Counted from the whole stretch's first letter, positions 46,875 through 59,627 are shown. The stretch: 62,014 bases of DNA, filler included, from Globobulimina sp. (GCA_003354225.1; 26 parts of 26 records of this genome joined end to end with filler, not necessarily neighbours in it), one strand, 5' to 3'. Translations and numbers: made by a program. The notes: a model not told the origin generated them from the sequence alone.

Positions 46875-47687
46875 ATGGCTGCTCTAGGAACCTTGTTGCG
46901 TGACAATATGTTAGTTTATGGGTACATAGGATCAAAGGATGCAAAAGCTATGGTAATTCCTGACGGAATTATCAAACTATGCTATAAGTATTATCATATA
47001 CTATGTCAATCATTGGATCCATTACCTTATAGCCGAAGATGTGATCAATTGTCTAAACTGAATGAATATGAATTTGTAACAGTTCCTGAACATTCTACTC
47101 GTTATCCAGTTGAAGGAATATTAAAATATAATATTATCAGTGATAAATGGATTTGTGTTTTCAAGCATGTATCCAATGCATCGTATCCGTATCGGATAAC
47201 AGATTCAGGGCATCATTGCATTGCTTGTGATGAAAATAAAAAATTACTTTATGTCTGTTCTGATAAACATTTATTAATTATCAATATACAGAACAAAACA
47301 TATACATTTTATGACGGATTAGAAGATGTTGGATGTGGATCAAAAGGATTAGTTATCAATGGGCAGTTTCATTTGATTGGTGGAGATACAAATAATTGGC
47401 ATAAAACATGGAATGCAATGCACAGCAGATTTGATAAAATATTTGAATTTGAAATGTGGAATATTTATGGTGGCGGAATTAATGATTTTGGCTGTGTTTA
47501 TGTCAAAGGAAACAAGCACATCAAGCAAACTATAATAATATTTGGTGGTGATACTGATGATCCATATCAAGGATTTGATGATATCTGTAATAAAATATGG
47601 TATTATTCATTTGATAGTAAACAGTGGAAATTATGTGAAGGGTTGGAATTGTATTCAAATTGGGAGGCACATATATTAACCAACAAT
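46875..47687 (+). CDS. Kelch-repeat protein with N-terminal LVYGYI...IPDGIIKLCYKYY motif, 3'-truncated
   Basis: YNIISDKW, FHLIGG, IIIFGG...IWYYSFDSKQW. Confidence 0.8.
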
Positions 47688-47787
47688 NNNNNNNNNNNNN
47701 NNNNNNNNNNNNNNNNNNNNNNNNNNNNNNNTTAATTAATTAANNNNNNNNNNNNNNNNNNNNNNNNNNNNNNNNNNNNNNNNNNNN

Positions 47788-49913
47788 AAAAAGCAGCGAG
47801 TCGATCCTCCAAAACAAGAGCCGCCAAATCTGAGCAAAAAGAATATTGTCATAGTGGAGGAAAGATAACATATAATTTTGGCAGCAGAAAATTGCATATT
47901 TGGAAACCAAGCAAAGGATATCCGGACAAAAAAACAGCGCAAAGACCGGTCGAAGGCAAATTGAAATTATTTTATGCTCACGGCTATAGCGGCAATTTTG
48001 AAGACTCGCGACAAAATATGTACTTGTCTCGCGATGGTAAAATGTTGATTTATTATATTGCCGCAGTGGTCATTGTGTTTGATTATAAAGCGAGAAAACA
48101 GCGTTTTTTTACCAAGCATAACGACGACGTAACAACGATATGTTTATCACCAAACAAACCATACTGTGCCTCGGGACAGAAAGACCCCAAAGACGAGCCT
48201 GGAAAAGGCAAGGATTTGCCAAAAATATATGTCTGGAATTACAAAACTATGAAATCAATGCAATTGATTGATGATGTTTGTTGGGGCAAAATATCTCGGT
48301 TACAGTGGTCGCCACACTCAAATTATTTATATTGTATTTGCGGCGATGATGGGCAAACATTAAAAGCGTATGACCCAAAGCAATTTGGTACTAAACATGG
48401 CTCGGAAACGTTAATTGATTGCAGTACAATGCGAGAGTTAATATTGGGATTTGAAATAAACCCGGCACCGTCAAGCGGGAACGTTGATGAATTCTTATTG
48501 TTTGGTAAAAGAAAGTTTGGTTATTGCTACATTACGAAAGGTAGCAAAGGCTTACAAGCAAAGCTTAAGAATGTTTCTATCGTTGCGCTTAGAAGAGATG
48601 GCGAGAAATCATTTGCGTGCGGCCAGTTTCTAAAGAATGGGCAGTATTTAGTTGGGTCAGCGTCTGGAGCAATATATGTCGGTAAAGAGAATACTGCATT
48701 GGCAATAATTGGAGGCCATGATAAAGCCATTGGTGCAATGTGCATAAATAAAGCGAATGTGTTAACAGCTGGAAGTGACAGAAAATTCAAGATATGGAAG
48801 GTTGGAGAAGCAAAGCAAGCAAAGGGTAACAAAAAAGCAGTACCAGTTAGTTTGAAGAATACGTGGGAAGCTACAGTGGAGGTAAAAGAGAGTGACATGG
48901 TGTTAAAGCCGCGAGCCATTGCTTATAATGCAGAGAGTGGCACTGTTTTTTGTGGAACAAAAACAAATCAAATCGTGCAGTTTGAAATGAAAACACAAAC
49001 AGCATCGGTCATAGTGGATGGCCATGACGGTCAGGTCTGGGGTTTGTGTACATCACCGACACAAAAGTTATTTGCAACTGGCGGCTATGATAATGCTGTG
49101 AAGGTATGGAATGCGAGCAGTATGCAATGTGTTTCTACGTACGAGTTTGAAACAGGTCGTTATGAATTTTGTTGTGGACACTGGTCAAACAAAGGGGATA
49201 TATTAGTATTTGGCACTGAGGATTCAAACCTTGCAGTATTTGTATGGCGACAAAAGAGACTTAAATTGGTGAAAACGATTAATATTCCACCAAAGAATGC
49301 AAATGCAGAGATTGAGGGTGTGGCATATTTACGATTTAGTAATGATTCAAGTTTATTAGCGGCAGCTCATATGGATGCCAATTTGTATATATTTTCTGTG
49401 ACCGGAATTGATTCAAATTCGCCAGATTTAAAGAAATGGCCATTAGGAATGAACCATTCTGCGGCTCCAACCAATGTTCAGTTCACTCGAAATGGAAAAA
49501 TTGTAAAGACATTGACAAGGGACTATGAGATTGCTCATTGGACATTGGATAAGAAAGCAAAGAAAGGCAAATTTTTAGCAATTCAGCCTGATCCTGACAA
49601 TACGAAATGGGCAGACGATCCGTTGATTGCTGGGTGGAATACACAAGGTTTATATCAGCGGGGATGGGATGGAACGGATTTAAACGATGCAACAATTACT
49701 TCGGATAACAAACTAATTGCGTCTGGTGATGATTATGGTTGTGTGCGATTGCATAATTTCCCAGCGGTTGATCCATCCGCATGCTTAGAGTATGGAGGTC
49801 ATGCTGAGTTTGTTGTAGGTGTTGAGTTTTTAAGAGATGATTCTCAATTAATTACATGTGGTGGTGCTGATATGGCTATATTTCAGTGGAAATTAATCAA
49901 AGGTGGCAAATAA
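47788..49913 (+). CDS. EML: Echinoderm microtubule-associated protein-like (HELP + WD40), 5'-truncated
   Basis: KLKLFYAHGYSG..RQN, YYIAAVVIVFD, QRFFTKHNDDV, GHDGQVWGL, ASGDDYGCVRL.NFP, GGADMAIFQW. Confidence 0.93.
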
Positions 49914-50175
49914 ATTCTACAACTTGTAAATATTTGTGAGTTTTTGTTTGGCTTTTTGCCTTTGTACAATGCTTTAATACACTGTATAATAATTCAATTT
50001 AGTTAGATAAATAATCATATAATATATTTATCATTAAGATGTTTGAGATATGCTTGATGGGTCATATTATATCCANNNNNNNNNNNNNNNNNNNNNNNNN
50101 NNNNNNNNNNNNNNNNNNNTTAATTAATTAANNNNNNNNNNNNNNNNNNNNNNNNNNNNNNNNNNNNNNNNNNNN

Positions 50176-51613
50176 CAAATTCATTCCCATCCACTCTTTT
50201 TCTAAAATCAATGTATTCCATACTTTCCTTGAATAATTTCAATTGAGTCAACTCAAAACAAGTTTTATTATCTTGATTCTGCGCAGCAAACAATTGTGAT
50301 AAAGAAGCAGTGCTTTTAATATTGACAAATAGCCATTTAACGAATCGTTGCAAAATATCAAACACTGATTCACCATCAATTGCAACCGTTCCATTTTTGC
50401 TTTTATTGAGCATTATTGCTGAAAATACCATCAACGGCGTCCAACCGCCTGTCATTGCAATATCAAAGTCGGACCTATTTATGCCAAATATTGCCCGTAA
50501 CTCATATTGCTCAAATCTTTGGATATAATGTAATATTTCAAATACATATTTGTGACTACTTCTACATGCAACGTCGAATGGTGTCTCTACGCCGGCCTGT
50601 AATAGCTTTTGTTTTTTGTCGTGTGTTATTTCCGTGGTAGCCAATATCCATTGCAATAAGTCCAAATATACGCCAGTTTGTTCCGAACATATCGCGCCTA
50701 AAATACTTTTGTAATCAATACTGACGGAACCGGAGCATATCATCAATGGCGCCAATTGTTTATCGTTGAAGTTTCTTTTTAAATATTCCCATAACTCTGC
50801 CAATAATCCGGATGCTGCCCACATTAATGTGCTTTTGCCGTTGGTATCTTGACAGGAAAATAATTTTAATTTTTCTACTTTAGTCATTGAAGCAGAGTCT
50901 AATATAAATTTTAAGATTTGATAATTTGCTTTGTGCTTTACGATATTCATAATTGCATTGCATTCGACATTATCGATGGTGTCCCTATCATTTTGAGTCA
51001 ATAATGCAATTAACTTCTCATTGTCTGATCCAATGTGTTTTAATATTTCCACAGCACATTGGCCACTGACTGCGTTATTTTGTTTGCATGCATGAATAAG
51101 AGATGTCGCTTCAGAATAATGATTTAATCCACCTTTGTCGCAGAATAACTCAAATTTATGCTTTTCTGTAACAAACTTGCTTTGCAATATTGCTTTTAAT
51201 GCAGAAACACTGCCAATTTGACAAAGAAACATTAAAACTGACGCGTTTTTGCTATCTTCTCGTTCATCTTTATTTGATAGGAATTTATATAATAATTCAT
51301 TGTTATCACTCAAAGATTCAATCATTGTTTTCATAAAATCAGCACTCTTTGTCGTATCAATTAATTCCATCATTTGCAGTGAGCTATATTTTTGTATACA
51401 ATATTCAATTGACGCATAATATAATTTTTTATGTTGTTTTAAAATATAATTAAAAATTTGCCCCTTGGCAGAAATAATGTAAACAATACCAAATTTATCC
51501 GCCATTAATAAGGCTCCATTGGCCATAATTAAATGCCAATATAACTTAAATTGTTTCAAAGAATCTGATTTGCCCAAATTTATAAATACGTCGGTATCTG
51601 AAAATTTGCTCAT
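50176..51613 (-). CDS. Ankyrin-repeat region, probably the C-terminal part of the adjacent RelA/SpoT-like gene
   Basis: Degenerate ankyrin motifs SVLMFLCQIG, TSLIHACK, GKSTLMWAA, TPFDVACR, GWTPLM, NKTCFEL. Confidence 0.75.
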
Positions 51614-52463
51614 TGTAACACAAATTCTTCATTACGTTGGACTGAATATAATTTATGTGCTACTTTTTTGAATGACGACATTAAACTGAGTAAGAATTGA
51701 ATCTCTGCGATCAACGATAAATCTGACGATGTTTTAACCAAAACATTCAATTTAATATCTGTATAAGATGGCAATTCTTCATCATACGAACTCCAACCAT
51801 TTTTACAACGAATTATTTGCTGAATACAATATTTGTTATCTTTTGCTTTTATTTTATTTTCAAATGCGTCTAAAAATAACAATAATGATTCAACATTATC
51901 AAATTGTAAAGCACATCGATTTATGTCTGTTTTATGTGGATTTTTGTTAAAACAATTAAGTGAAGTATTTATTGGACGACATACCTAATATTTTAGCAGC
52001 AGTAGGAAATGTGTCATTGATGTAATCATTTTCAACTTTTGTTTGTGAGCGACTCAGTGTCTTTACAGGACCTTCGACAGACACACAAAAAGCAAACACA
52101 ATGTGCAGTTTAACAAAAATATTCAAAGGTTACGTACCTGCCCTATATTTGACATTGATCTCAGGGTTTTCATTATGTATATCATTGGTAATTAATTTAA
52201 TATCTTTTTGAAACAAATCATCCAAAATATTGGCATTAAACAGCAACTCATTCAAATAAATATTTTTATCATAATGTTTCTGTGGATTGAAATGCGTTGA
52301 TGAGGCATATTGATTTAAATCAGATTTTGAGTATTTTGGTTCTAAACATCCGCAGATATCTTGCCTCGCATTATTTGAATAACCACTAATTACATTATAT
52401 CCAATCAACGCGTGCCATTCATCACTTTTCGCTGCTTTTATTTGGTCGATTTTGTCTTTAAGC
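51610..52463 (-). CDS. RelA/SpoT-like nucleotidyltransferase (small alarmone synthetase-like) domain; introns 52072-52137 and 51927-51984; 5'-truncated
   Basis: Spliced: YRAG|PVKTLSRSQTKVENDY...KIL|DINRC...IRCKNGW...YTDIKLNV...IAEIQF...KKVAHKLY. Confidence 0.72.
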
Positions 52464-52563
52464 NNNNNNNNNNNNNNNNNNNNNNNNNNNNNNNNNNNNN
52501 NNNNNNNTTAATTAATTAANNNNNNNNNNNNNNNNNNNNNNNNNNNNNNNNNNNNNNNNNNNN

Positions 52564-54323
52564 CCCCAAACTATGTTCGTTTGGTTGTCGGAGGGATTAT
52601 CTTTTGCACAATTGTTTATCCCTCACTTTTTTAGGGGTAACTTTCTTAGGGGCTGCTTCTTTAGGGGTTCCCGCATCTCTGTCCGCTTCATTTTTCGATC
52701 CTGACAACAAACAAGGAGCTAAAATACGGCAACAGTGTTGTATCGATGCGTTACATGATATGATATCATGGTATAACACAGGCGGCCAAATAGGTATTTT
52801 AGATGCCACAAATACGAGCTTAAAACGAAGGCAATTCATTCGAGATTTCCTTGCTAATAAAAAATCTGAATTAGAATATAATGTCTCCATTTTACACATT
52901 GAATCCATCTGCAATGATGAGTCAATAATACATAATAATATCATCACTGTGAAATTGAAAAATCCCGATTATTGTACTGTTGATGCACAGAAAGGTGTAC
53001 ACCTCTCCTCTCTACAAATAATATTCATATGCAAACGATAAAATATATACTGCAGCAATTCAAGATTTCAAAGAAAGAATCAAAATGTACAAGAAAGTAT
53101 ATGTCCAAGTATCCAAAGCTGAGGGATCGTACATAAAAGTAATTGACGTAGGCGCAGAAGTAATGGGCCATGGCATCAATGACTATATATCTTGCCGGAT
53201 ATTCTATTTCTTGATGCATTTGCATTTACATCGCTTGACAAAGATCCCCAAGAAACCATTGTTAATGCAATTGCAAAACCGGAATGACACAAAGAAGGAC
53301 AATGAAATGGTGGACCGATTGAAGAAAATATCGGCCAGCATCGGTGCCAAATTCACTCGACCCGCATATGACAGACCTATGCATGCATTGGCACCATATA
53401 TGAGGAGACCTTCCTATTTAATGTGGACCGAATCTGAAGATACCTATAAATCTCCCAAAGTTGAAGTGAATACTAAGCCTAATTTTCCATTTCCAGTGCA
53501 AACCATGCATTCTTCAACAAAGCAGTCGCACTCTCAAAGTCAAACTGATGCTTATAATGCTTCCAATGTCGTAAATAAGAGTTTCGGTCCAATCGCAAAG
53601 GTCAAACTGGATGCAAATGCAATGCCTCCTACGAGCACAAACTACAATGTCTCATTTGAGTCCGCAACCTCGCCGATCCACAGTGGAGCCGCTGTGGCTT
53701 CGCCCATGCCGTCCCCCATGGCATCATTCAGGAATAGACCGAGAGTAAGGAAGTCCACACTGATTATGGAGATGGTGAATAAACGAAGTTCATTTATAGC
53801 GACTCCTAAGGCTATAAGCAGCATACTGGAACATATTGAATTGGACGAAAAGTTTGAGTACAATGGTGATGAGATGAAAGTTGATAAAAATAAGATTGTA
53901 GAAGACTTTCATTGCGAATTATGTGGTCGGACGGTAGGTAAAAATGAAACTACTTTAGTGGATTCGAGGTCTGCTGATCAGGATAAAGTAAGAATATGTG
54001 AAGTTTGTTTATATGAATCTGACACAGATTCGGAGGATGATACGACTGGAGATCATTGTGACGCACTTATTGATATTATGCATAGTGGGCCGGCCTCAAT
54101 TATGCCATCCATTATGCCGTCAGAAACTAAGCTGGTGCAATATCCTTCGAATTCAAATGAGAGTCAGTTAGGAAATATACAAAGGAAAATGCAAGAAATG
54201 GAGAATTCTGTTAATATGTTAGTCAAACAATTGAACGAAAATACGGATAATAAGCAGAAAGATAAACATTTTAAACAAGAATTGGTTAGATTACAACAGA
54301 AAATGCAGGAATTATTCCAATGA
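52564..54323 (+). CDS. 6-phosphofructo-2-kinase domain protein without the FBPase-2 domain; intron 52995-53055; 5'-truncated
   Basis: ASFFDPDN, GILDATN, IESICND, VKLKNPDY; spliced QK|AIQDFKERI.MY; SYIKVIDVG, FYFLMHLH. Confidence 0.88.
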
Positions 54324-54420
54324 GTGAGTATAATTTAATCATGCAGTTTTTTGTGATTATACCTTTATTTTTGTAGTTTTTTGTGCCTCAAACCTTTTTT
54401 ATTTGTTGCGGAAAGAGATC

Positions 54421-54851
54421 ATGTCAGTTTCATTAGAACACGCATATCCTAATTTAGATCAACAAGAAGAACCAGGCGATGCAGAATTAGCAGCAGCGTT
54501 ACAAAAAATTGAAAATGACGCGCAGAATGAGCACGTTGTCTTGCAACAAAAAGCATTGGCAGTGGATATGGGAGACCAAGTTCAAGTTCAACCTCAAAAT
54601 GTAATCATAATTTATGATGATGCACCGGTACCGGTACCTGTCACTGGGACTGCAAAGCAATGGTATCTTGCATCAATCAAAAACGCACAACACAATAATT
54701 GTTCATATGCAAATGTAAAGGTATCACAAATGCTTTAATAATATATGTCAAATACTCAATATGCATGATCTAATTTAGATACTTCAGCATGGAGTGCTGC
54801 AATATTTTGGTTTCTATTGGATTTGGTTCATAATTTAATTCACATATTTGT
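54421..54851 (+). CDS. Hypothetical protein (DAELAAALQ UIM-like motif; probable TM exon at contig end)
   Basis: ATG ORF followed by a likely intron (~54721-54778) and hydrophobic coding sequence. Confidence 0.45.
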
Positions 54852-54951
54852 NNNNNNNNNNNNNNNNNNNNNNNNNNNNNNNNNNNNNNNNNNNNTTAAT
54901 TAATTAANNNNNNNNNNNNNNNNNNNNNNNNNNNNNNNNNNNNNNNNNNNN

Positions 54952-55628
54952 AACATTGGCATTGGGGATGGTAACATTGGTATTGTGGATGAATCGATAT
55001 AATTGCAATTAAAATGTGTTGGTGGTTCAAAAGGAATTGGATATTGCGTTGCATGGTCATTAATACTGTACATGTTACAGTGAGGTTGTCCCATATGCAT
55101 TGGAGATGGTAACGTTCGCATTGAAGGACATGGTAACATCGGTATTGAAGGACTCGCAGAAATTGGCATTGTGAATGGTAACGTTGGCATTGAAGGAATC
55201 GCAAACGTTGGTATTGGAGAAGGTAATGTTGGTATTGTGGAAGTTGAATCGATATCATTCCAATTAAAATGGGTCAGTGGATCAAAAGAATTGTCATTAT
55301 TACTGTTATTGGGATGTTGTCCCATTGGATTATCTCTAAACGCAGCAGCGTAACCATTTACATTTGATTCTCTTGATGCTGCATAACCATTTACATTTAC
55401 ATTTGAAGCGTTCGGAGTTTGTACAGCTGAGTATTGATTACATAAATGTTGTTGTTGATAATTAATCGGATTAATACAGACAGGATGCGTTTCATTAGAA
55501 CCATTATTACGTTGTAGCGAATCTCTATCACGATCCGGTCGATCCCAATGCCATAATGGAACCAATTTATTATCCATACCATTTCGGTTACAAATTAAAT
55601 CTACATCGATTGTATTGGTATCTAACAC
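54952..55628 (-). CDS. Low-complexity Pro/Met/Asn-rich repeat protein fragment
   Basis: Repeats PTLPSP/PMLPSP, duplicated THFN.N.IDS.STIP and NVNGYAA. Confidence 0.5.
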
Positions 55629-55933
55629 AATATTTTATCTATAAATATTAAAATACACAATCTGTTATTAATAGATTCAAACCTGTCGAATTGTTATCAA
55701 TTAAAAAACTAAAACAAACATCGAGTGAGCTGACTTGGTTTAATTGCACCAATGTTCTAATACCGCAGTCATTCAATAAGTCCCAAAAACCAACACAATG
55801 AACAGCGCTGCTTTTAATGCAAAAGATTATATCTTTATCATCCTTTGCTTGTATTTTGATACACTTTGAGAGACTCGTTCGATCTTTATACTATATCACA
55901 CTTATCAATTTACAAAAAAAGTATACAAACGAG

Positions 55934-56503
55934 TCAGGTATGGGGAGAATGCGAAAACGAAACTTTATATCCAGACGGCGCCGCTGTTTTTAGTAAGGAT
56001 GAAAATGGGATTAATTTAATATAATATTCAATAATTACATTACCATTTTTTTTAACTCGTAATATTCTGTATTTCTTGGAATTTGGGTAATTTGTTCCAA
56101 AATAATAAAGCATATCGGCTAATAACCTTTCTTTCGTCGCCTTTTTGCCACCAATAGCTTCAGCAATGTTAATTGGTACTGTTGATTGCCACTTATGTTT
56201 ATGTTCAATACCACACAATTTGCATTCATTCTGCATACATTCATCACTTCGCGAATTAACACAAAACTCAGTTTTGTTTCCATCTAAAAGTATATTTGAG
56301 GGATATACAGTCCTTATGTGCGAGCTACATTGCCTGGCACAATATGTGTTGACACCGCGATCAATTGCTTTGCCTGATTTGTTCTTCTTATTTTTATCCG
56401 ACCCATGTTTGATAGCCATGGTATATTTGGCATTCTTGGCGGCATATTTTTTTAATTTTTGTGTGTATTGTTTGGTGCGCGGTTCTTGTTTTGGAGCTGC
56501 CAT
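55934..56503 (-). CDS. Hypothetical basic protein with Cys/His cluster
   Basis: 189-aa ATG ORF; C..C..H and C...C..C...H.H. Confidence 0.5.
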   Translation of the reverse strand: MAAPKQEPRTKQYTQKLKKYAAKNAKYTMAIKHGSDKNKKNKSGKAIDRGVNTYCARQCSSHIRTVYPSNILLDGNKTEFCVNSRSDECMQNECKLCGIEHKHKWQSTVPINIAEAIGGKKATKERLLADMLYYFGTNYPNSKKYRILRVKKNGNVIIEYYIKLIPFSSLLKTAAPSGYKVSFSHSPHT

Positions 56504-56758
56504 TGTTCAATCAATAAAAATTAAAGTGTTTAAAAAAATAATGTAGTAAGTGAGTGTGTACAAAGATTGTTCAATTTTATCTTTGAAGTCAACTGCATGG
56601 ATAACACCCATTCCATGATCAACTGCAAAAGTCGAAATCCGATCACCAAAAACACGTGACCTGCGGTGGGGTTATCTATCGGAACTCGGAAGTATTCGGA
56701 ACTCATCGTTTAAATTTATATAACAAAAAATTGATATAATCAATCACGTTTGGTTTCG

Positions 56759-57239
56759 CTAAATTCGTTTTAACCAATCTCCGCCAAGTATTTCAACACA
56801 AACTTTATCCAAATTGTCAGGTGCATCTTGAAAATAAAACAAAGCGTCCACTTTATTGCCATTAATATCGTCGACTTGCACAACCTGTCTATGGAATAAA
56901 TTGTCTGTATCTGTTTCTCGATATCCTTCAATCCCATCTGCCACTTTTCTTTTTGCTTCAAACGTTTCCATATCATTCCAACTTAAAATCCTGCCAACAA
57001 TAAAATCCTTATCCTTTCCAGTTTTAATCGCAAAGGGATACATTTTATCCTTTTGCCGATACATTTTATATCCATACAATTTGCCATTCGCTGCATTGCA
57101 GCCCTTTGTCCATTGACTGGTCCAATGAGCACCGGAATCATCATCATCTCGCAATGTCCCATAAACAAAAAATCTATGCACCAACTTCTCATCACCGGTA
57201 CCCATAACAACATCATTGTCCTCATCCTGTTTTGTCTCT
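56759..57239 (-). CDS. Gamma-glutamylcyclotransferase (AIG2-like) domain
   Basis: FFVYGTLR, YPFA, IVGRI, DGIEGY, GGDW. Confidence 0.9.
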
Positions 57240-57339
57240 NNNNNNNNNNNNNNNNNNNNNNNNNNNNNNNNNNNNNNNNNNNNTTAATTAATTAANNNNN
57301 NNNNNNNNNNNNNNNNNNNNNNNNNNNNNNNNNNNNNNN

Positions 57340-57840
57340 TAATGCAAAATATTCATCATATTCATGATTGAGTATCGGTGCAAATTTATGTTTTGATATT
57401 GAGCCTGCTTTGCAATATCGATAAATATCATCCTTATAATCACTCCATTCGTCATCTTCGTGCGAGTCGCCATCAATATCATAATGTATTTTTAATCGTG
57501 AACCGGATTTATCAATAATTGTTGCCGCATTCTTGGTGATCAATGTTATGCCCAATTTTTAATTTTTGAGCCTCATCATAAGTTAAAATATGGATTGAAA
57601 ATGTTGCTATCAAATGTTTATCTTTGTCGTTTATTTTAAATTAAGTTGATGATTATAATCAATCTCTTTCTCTTTATCTTCATCTTCCTGTTCTTGATTC
57701 ATATTCTTCTTCTTCTCCGCTGTAAAATGTATTTGTTGATTCTGTTCAATTTTATCAACAATGGAATTAATATCATTTGGATTATTTACTGTTTGCACTG
57801 CCAATTCAATTTCTTTCTTATCATTTAAATCATTATTCAT
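57340..57840 (-). pseudogene. Frameshifted Tudor/MBT-like domain gene
   Basis: Three consecutive frames: ...HQLNLK*, then INDKDKH...KLKIGHNIDH, then AATIIDKSGSRLKIHYD...DEWSDY...KAGSIS. Confidence 0.45.
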
Positions 57841-58142
57841 ATTAATTGGATTGAAATTGTTCGACAGCCATGTTTTTACTACTGTTCGACAGTTTTTCTA
57901 TTGCTTAAATCAGTAAACATAACAGCAAGTTTGTAAAATTGCTTGCGTTTGTAAAATATTGACATCAATAAAAAACTAGCAAAAAGGTGGATTCACAAAG
58001 ATGAACGATTCCTACGGTATCATATTGTTTTGATTTCTTGGCGTAACATGTCTTCAGAAAACACCATTTTTGATCTCTGAGTGCTCCCACCAACCGAGCC
58101 CCCCTCCATCAAAAACAAATTGAAAAAAACTACTATTTTATC

Positions 58143-58790
58143 ATGGGTTCCTGGTGGTTTTCTCCAACGCAAAAACCAACTGTCTCTGCTGTTACCGTAT
58201 CTGCAACAGAGCCTGTTTCAATCGATACCACCACAAAAACATCAACACCAAACAATAGCAGGATGCAGAAACTTTATTTGAACAATGATGTGTTGAGTGA
58301 TAAAACATTGTGTAACAATGGCAATGATGAAGAATACTCTTATTCTGCATCTGCAGCCTCATCAGGCAGTGGGTTCCATGGAGAGACAGCAATACTTGGT
58401 AAAACCTTGGGAAATGATCCAGGTTTACCAAGTGATGCAAATCAAATAATGGATTCCATACAACATTATTTGCAAAACATAAAATTGAACACAAATGTTA
58501 TGAATTTACTATCTGTACAAGATGGCAAATTTATACATAATGTATGGGAGGCAAAATTGAGGGATAATTTAAATGATTTGGTTACAAATAATAAAATGAG
58601 CAATTGTGCTTATGATACATTACAAAGTATATTAAATAAACTACAATCGAATGAATATGATTCTGCAAAAAAGAAAATCACCCAAATTACGAAAAATACA
58701 AAGGAATTCAAAATAAATAAGAAATGGATTATGGCATTTAAATCTATTGTACGCATTGCAAAGAAACACAATATTTATACAAAAAGCTAG
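58143..58790 (+). CDS. Hypothetical protein with putative N-myristoylation (MGSWWFS)
   Basis: 215-aa ATG ORF; Ser/Thr-rich N-half, helical C-half. Confidence 0.55.
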   Translation: MGSWWFSPTQKPTVSAVTVSATEPVSIDTTTKTSTPNNSRMQKLYLNNDVLSDKTLCNNGNDEEYSYSASAASSGSGFHGETAILGKTLGNDPGLPSDANQIMDSIQHYLQNIKLNTNVMNLLSVQDGKFIHNVWEAKLRDNLNDLVTNNKMSNCAYDTLQSILNKLQSNEYDSAKKKITQITKNTKEFKINKKWIMAFKSIVRIAKKHNIYTKS

Positions 58791-59288
58791 CTTTCGATTT
58801 TTTACTGTAAAAATTGAGATTGATTTTGTGTTGTTCTCTTTATTTACGACAATTGTATCCGTTCGTCAATTTCTTTTTTTTTTATTATTATTTTTATTCT
58901 CGTGAAGTCCAAAATTGTGTGTTCCGAGTTCTGTGGCATACTCAGAAATCCGCCGTAGCCAAAACTCCGGACTGTATATAAGTGTTTTCTTAGAGTTTTG
59001 AAGACATGCAAAATTATGCCGCTTTGCAAACCCAAGACTGGTTCTCCACCATTTATTAAATATATTATCTGAAATAATATATATATATTATAGACCCTAC
59101 GTATACCACTTATACGAAACACCACTGTATGTATTATTTGCGACAATATATTACAAAATGGTGTGCCTGGCCAGGTATAATTTGGATCTATTAATATCTG
59201 GATGTCAATCTATTAATATAATCTATTAATATAATACCTTATTAAAAGTCACAACATACAATTAAGCCATTGATAAAATACTAATAAT

Positions 59289-59627
59289 ATGATAACAAAA
59301 AATAGTAACAAAAAGCAGATGCTCTGTACATTCAAAAATTTCATTCGATTTTTACCATTTACTGGTTTATTATGTTTGTCAAGCGATATGATAACAACAT
59401 TTAGCAGCGGATATGCAGCAGCCTGGTTCAGTGGATGCAAATCAATAAAAGCAAATAATAATTGCAATAAAGATTTAAATTATGGCGAATATAATTTAGT
59501 TTTTCAAATTAGCAATTCTTTGGGGGGCTTATTTTCATTCATATCCGCACCAATGATTGGCCGTTTAAGTGATGTATATGGCAGGAAAATATTTCTCTAT
59601 TTTCAATTATTTACCAATTGGATCCCA
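59289..59627 (+). CDS. MFS transporter (TetA/MFSD14-like), 3'-truncated
   Basis: Motif A: APMIGRLSDVYGRK. Confidence 0.85.

Noticed and set aside
54315-54330. CAA-TGA at the end of the PFK-2 gene as another frameshift junction
   Set aside because: The -1 frame closes after about 18 codons of T-rich sequence. It looks like an ordinary stop, which also cautions against over-reading the other junctions.
59186-59232. ATCTATTAATAT x3 upstream of the MFS gene as a regulatory array
   Set aside because: AT-rich micro-duplication with no support for function.
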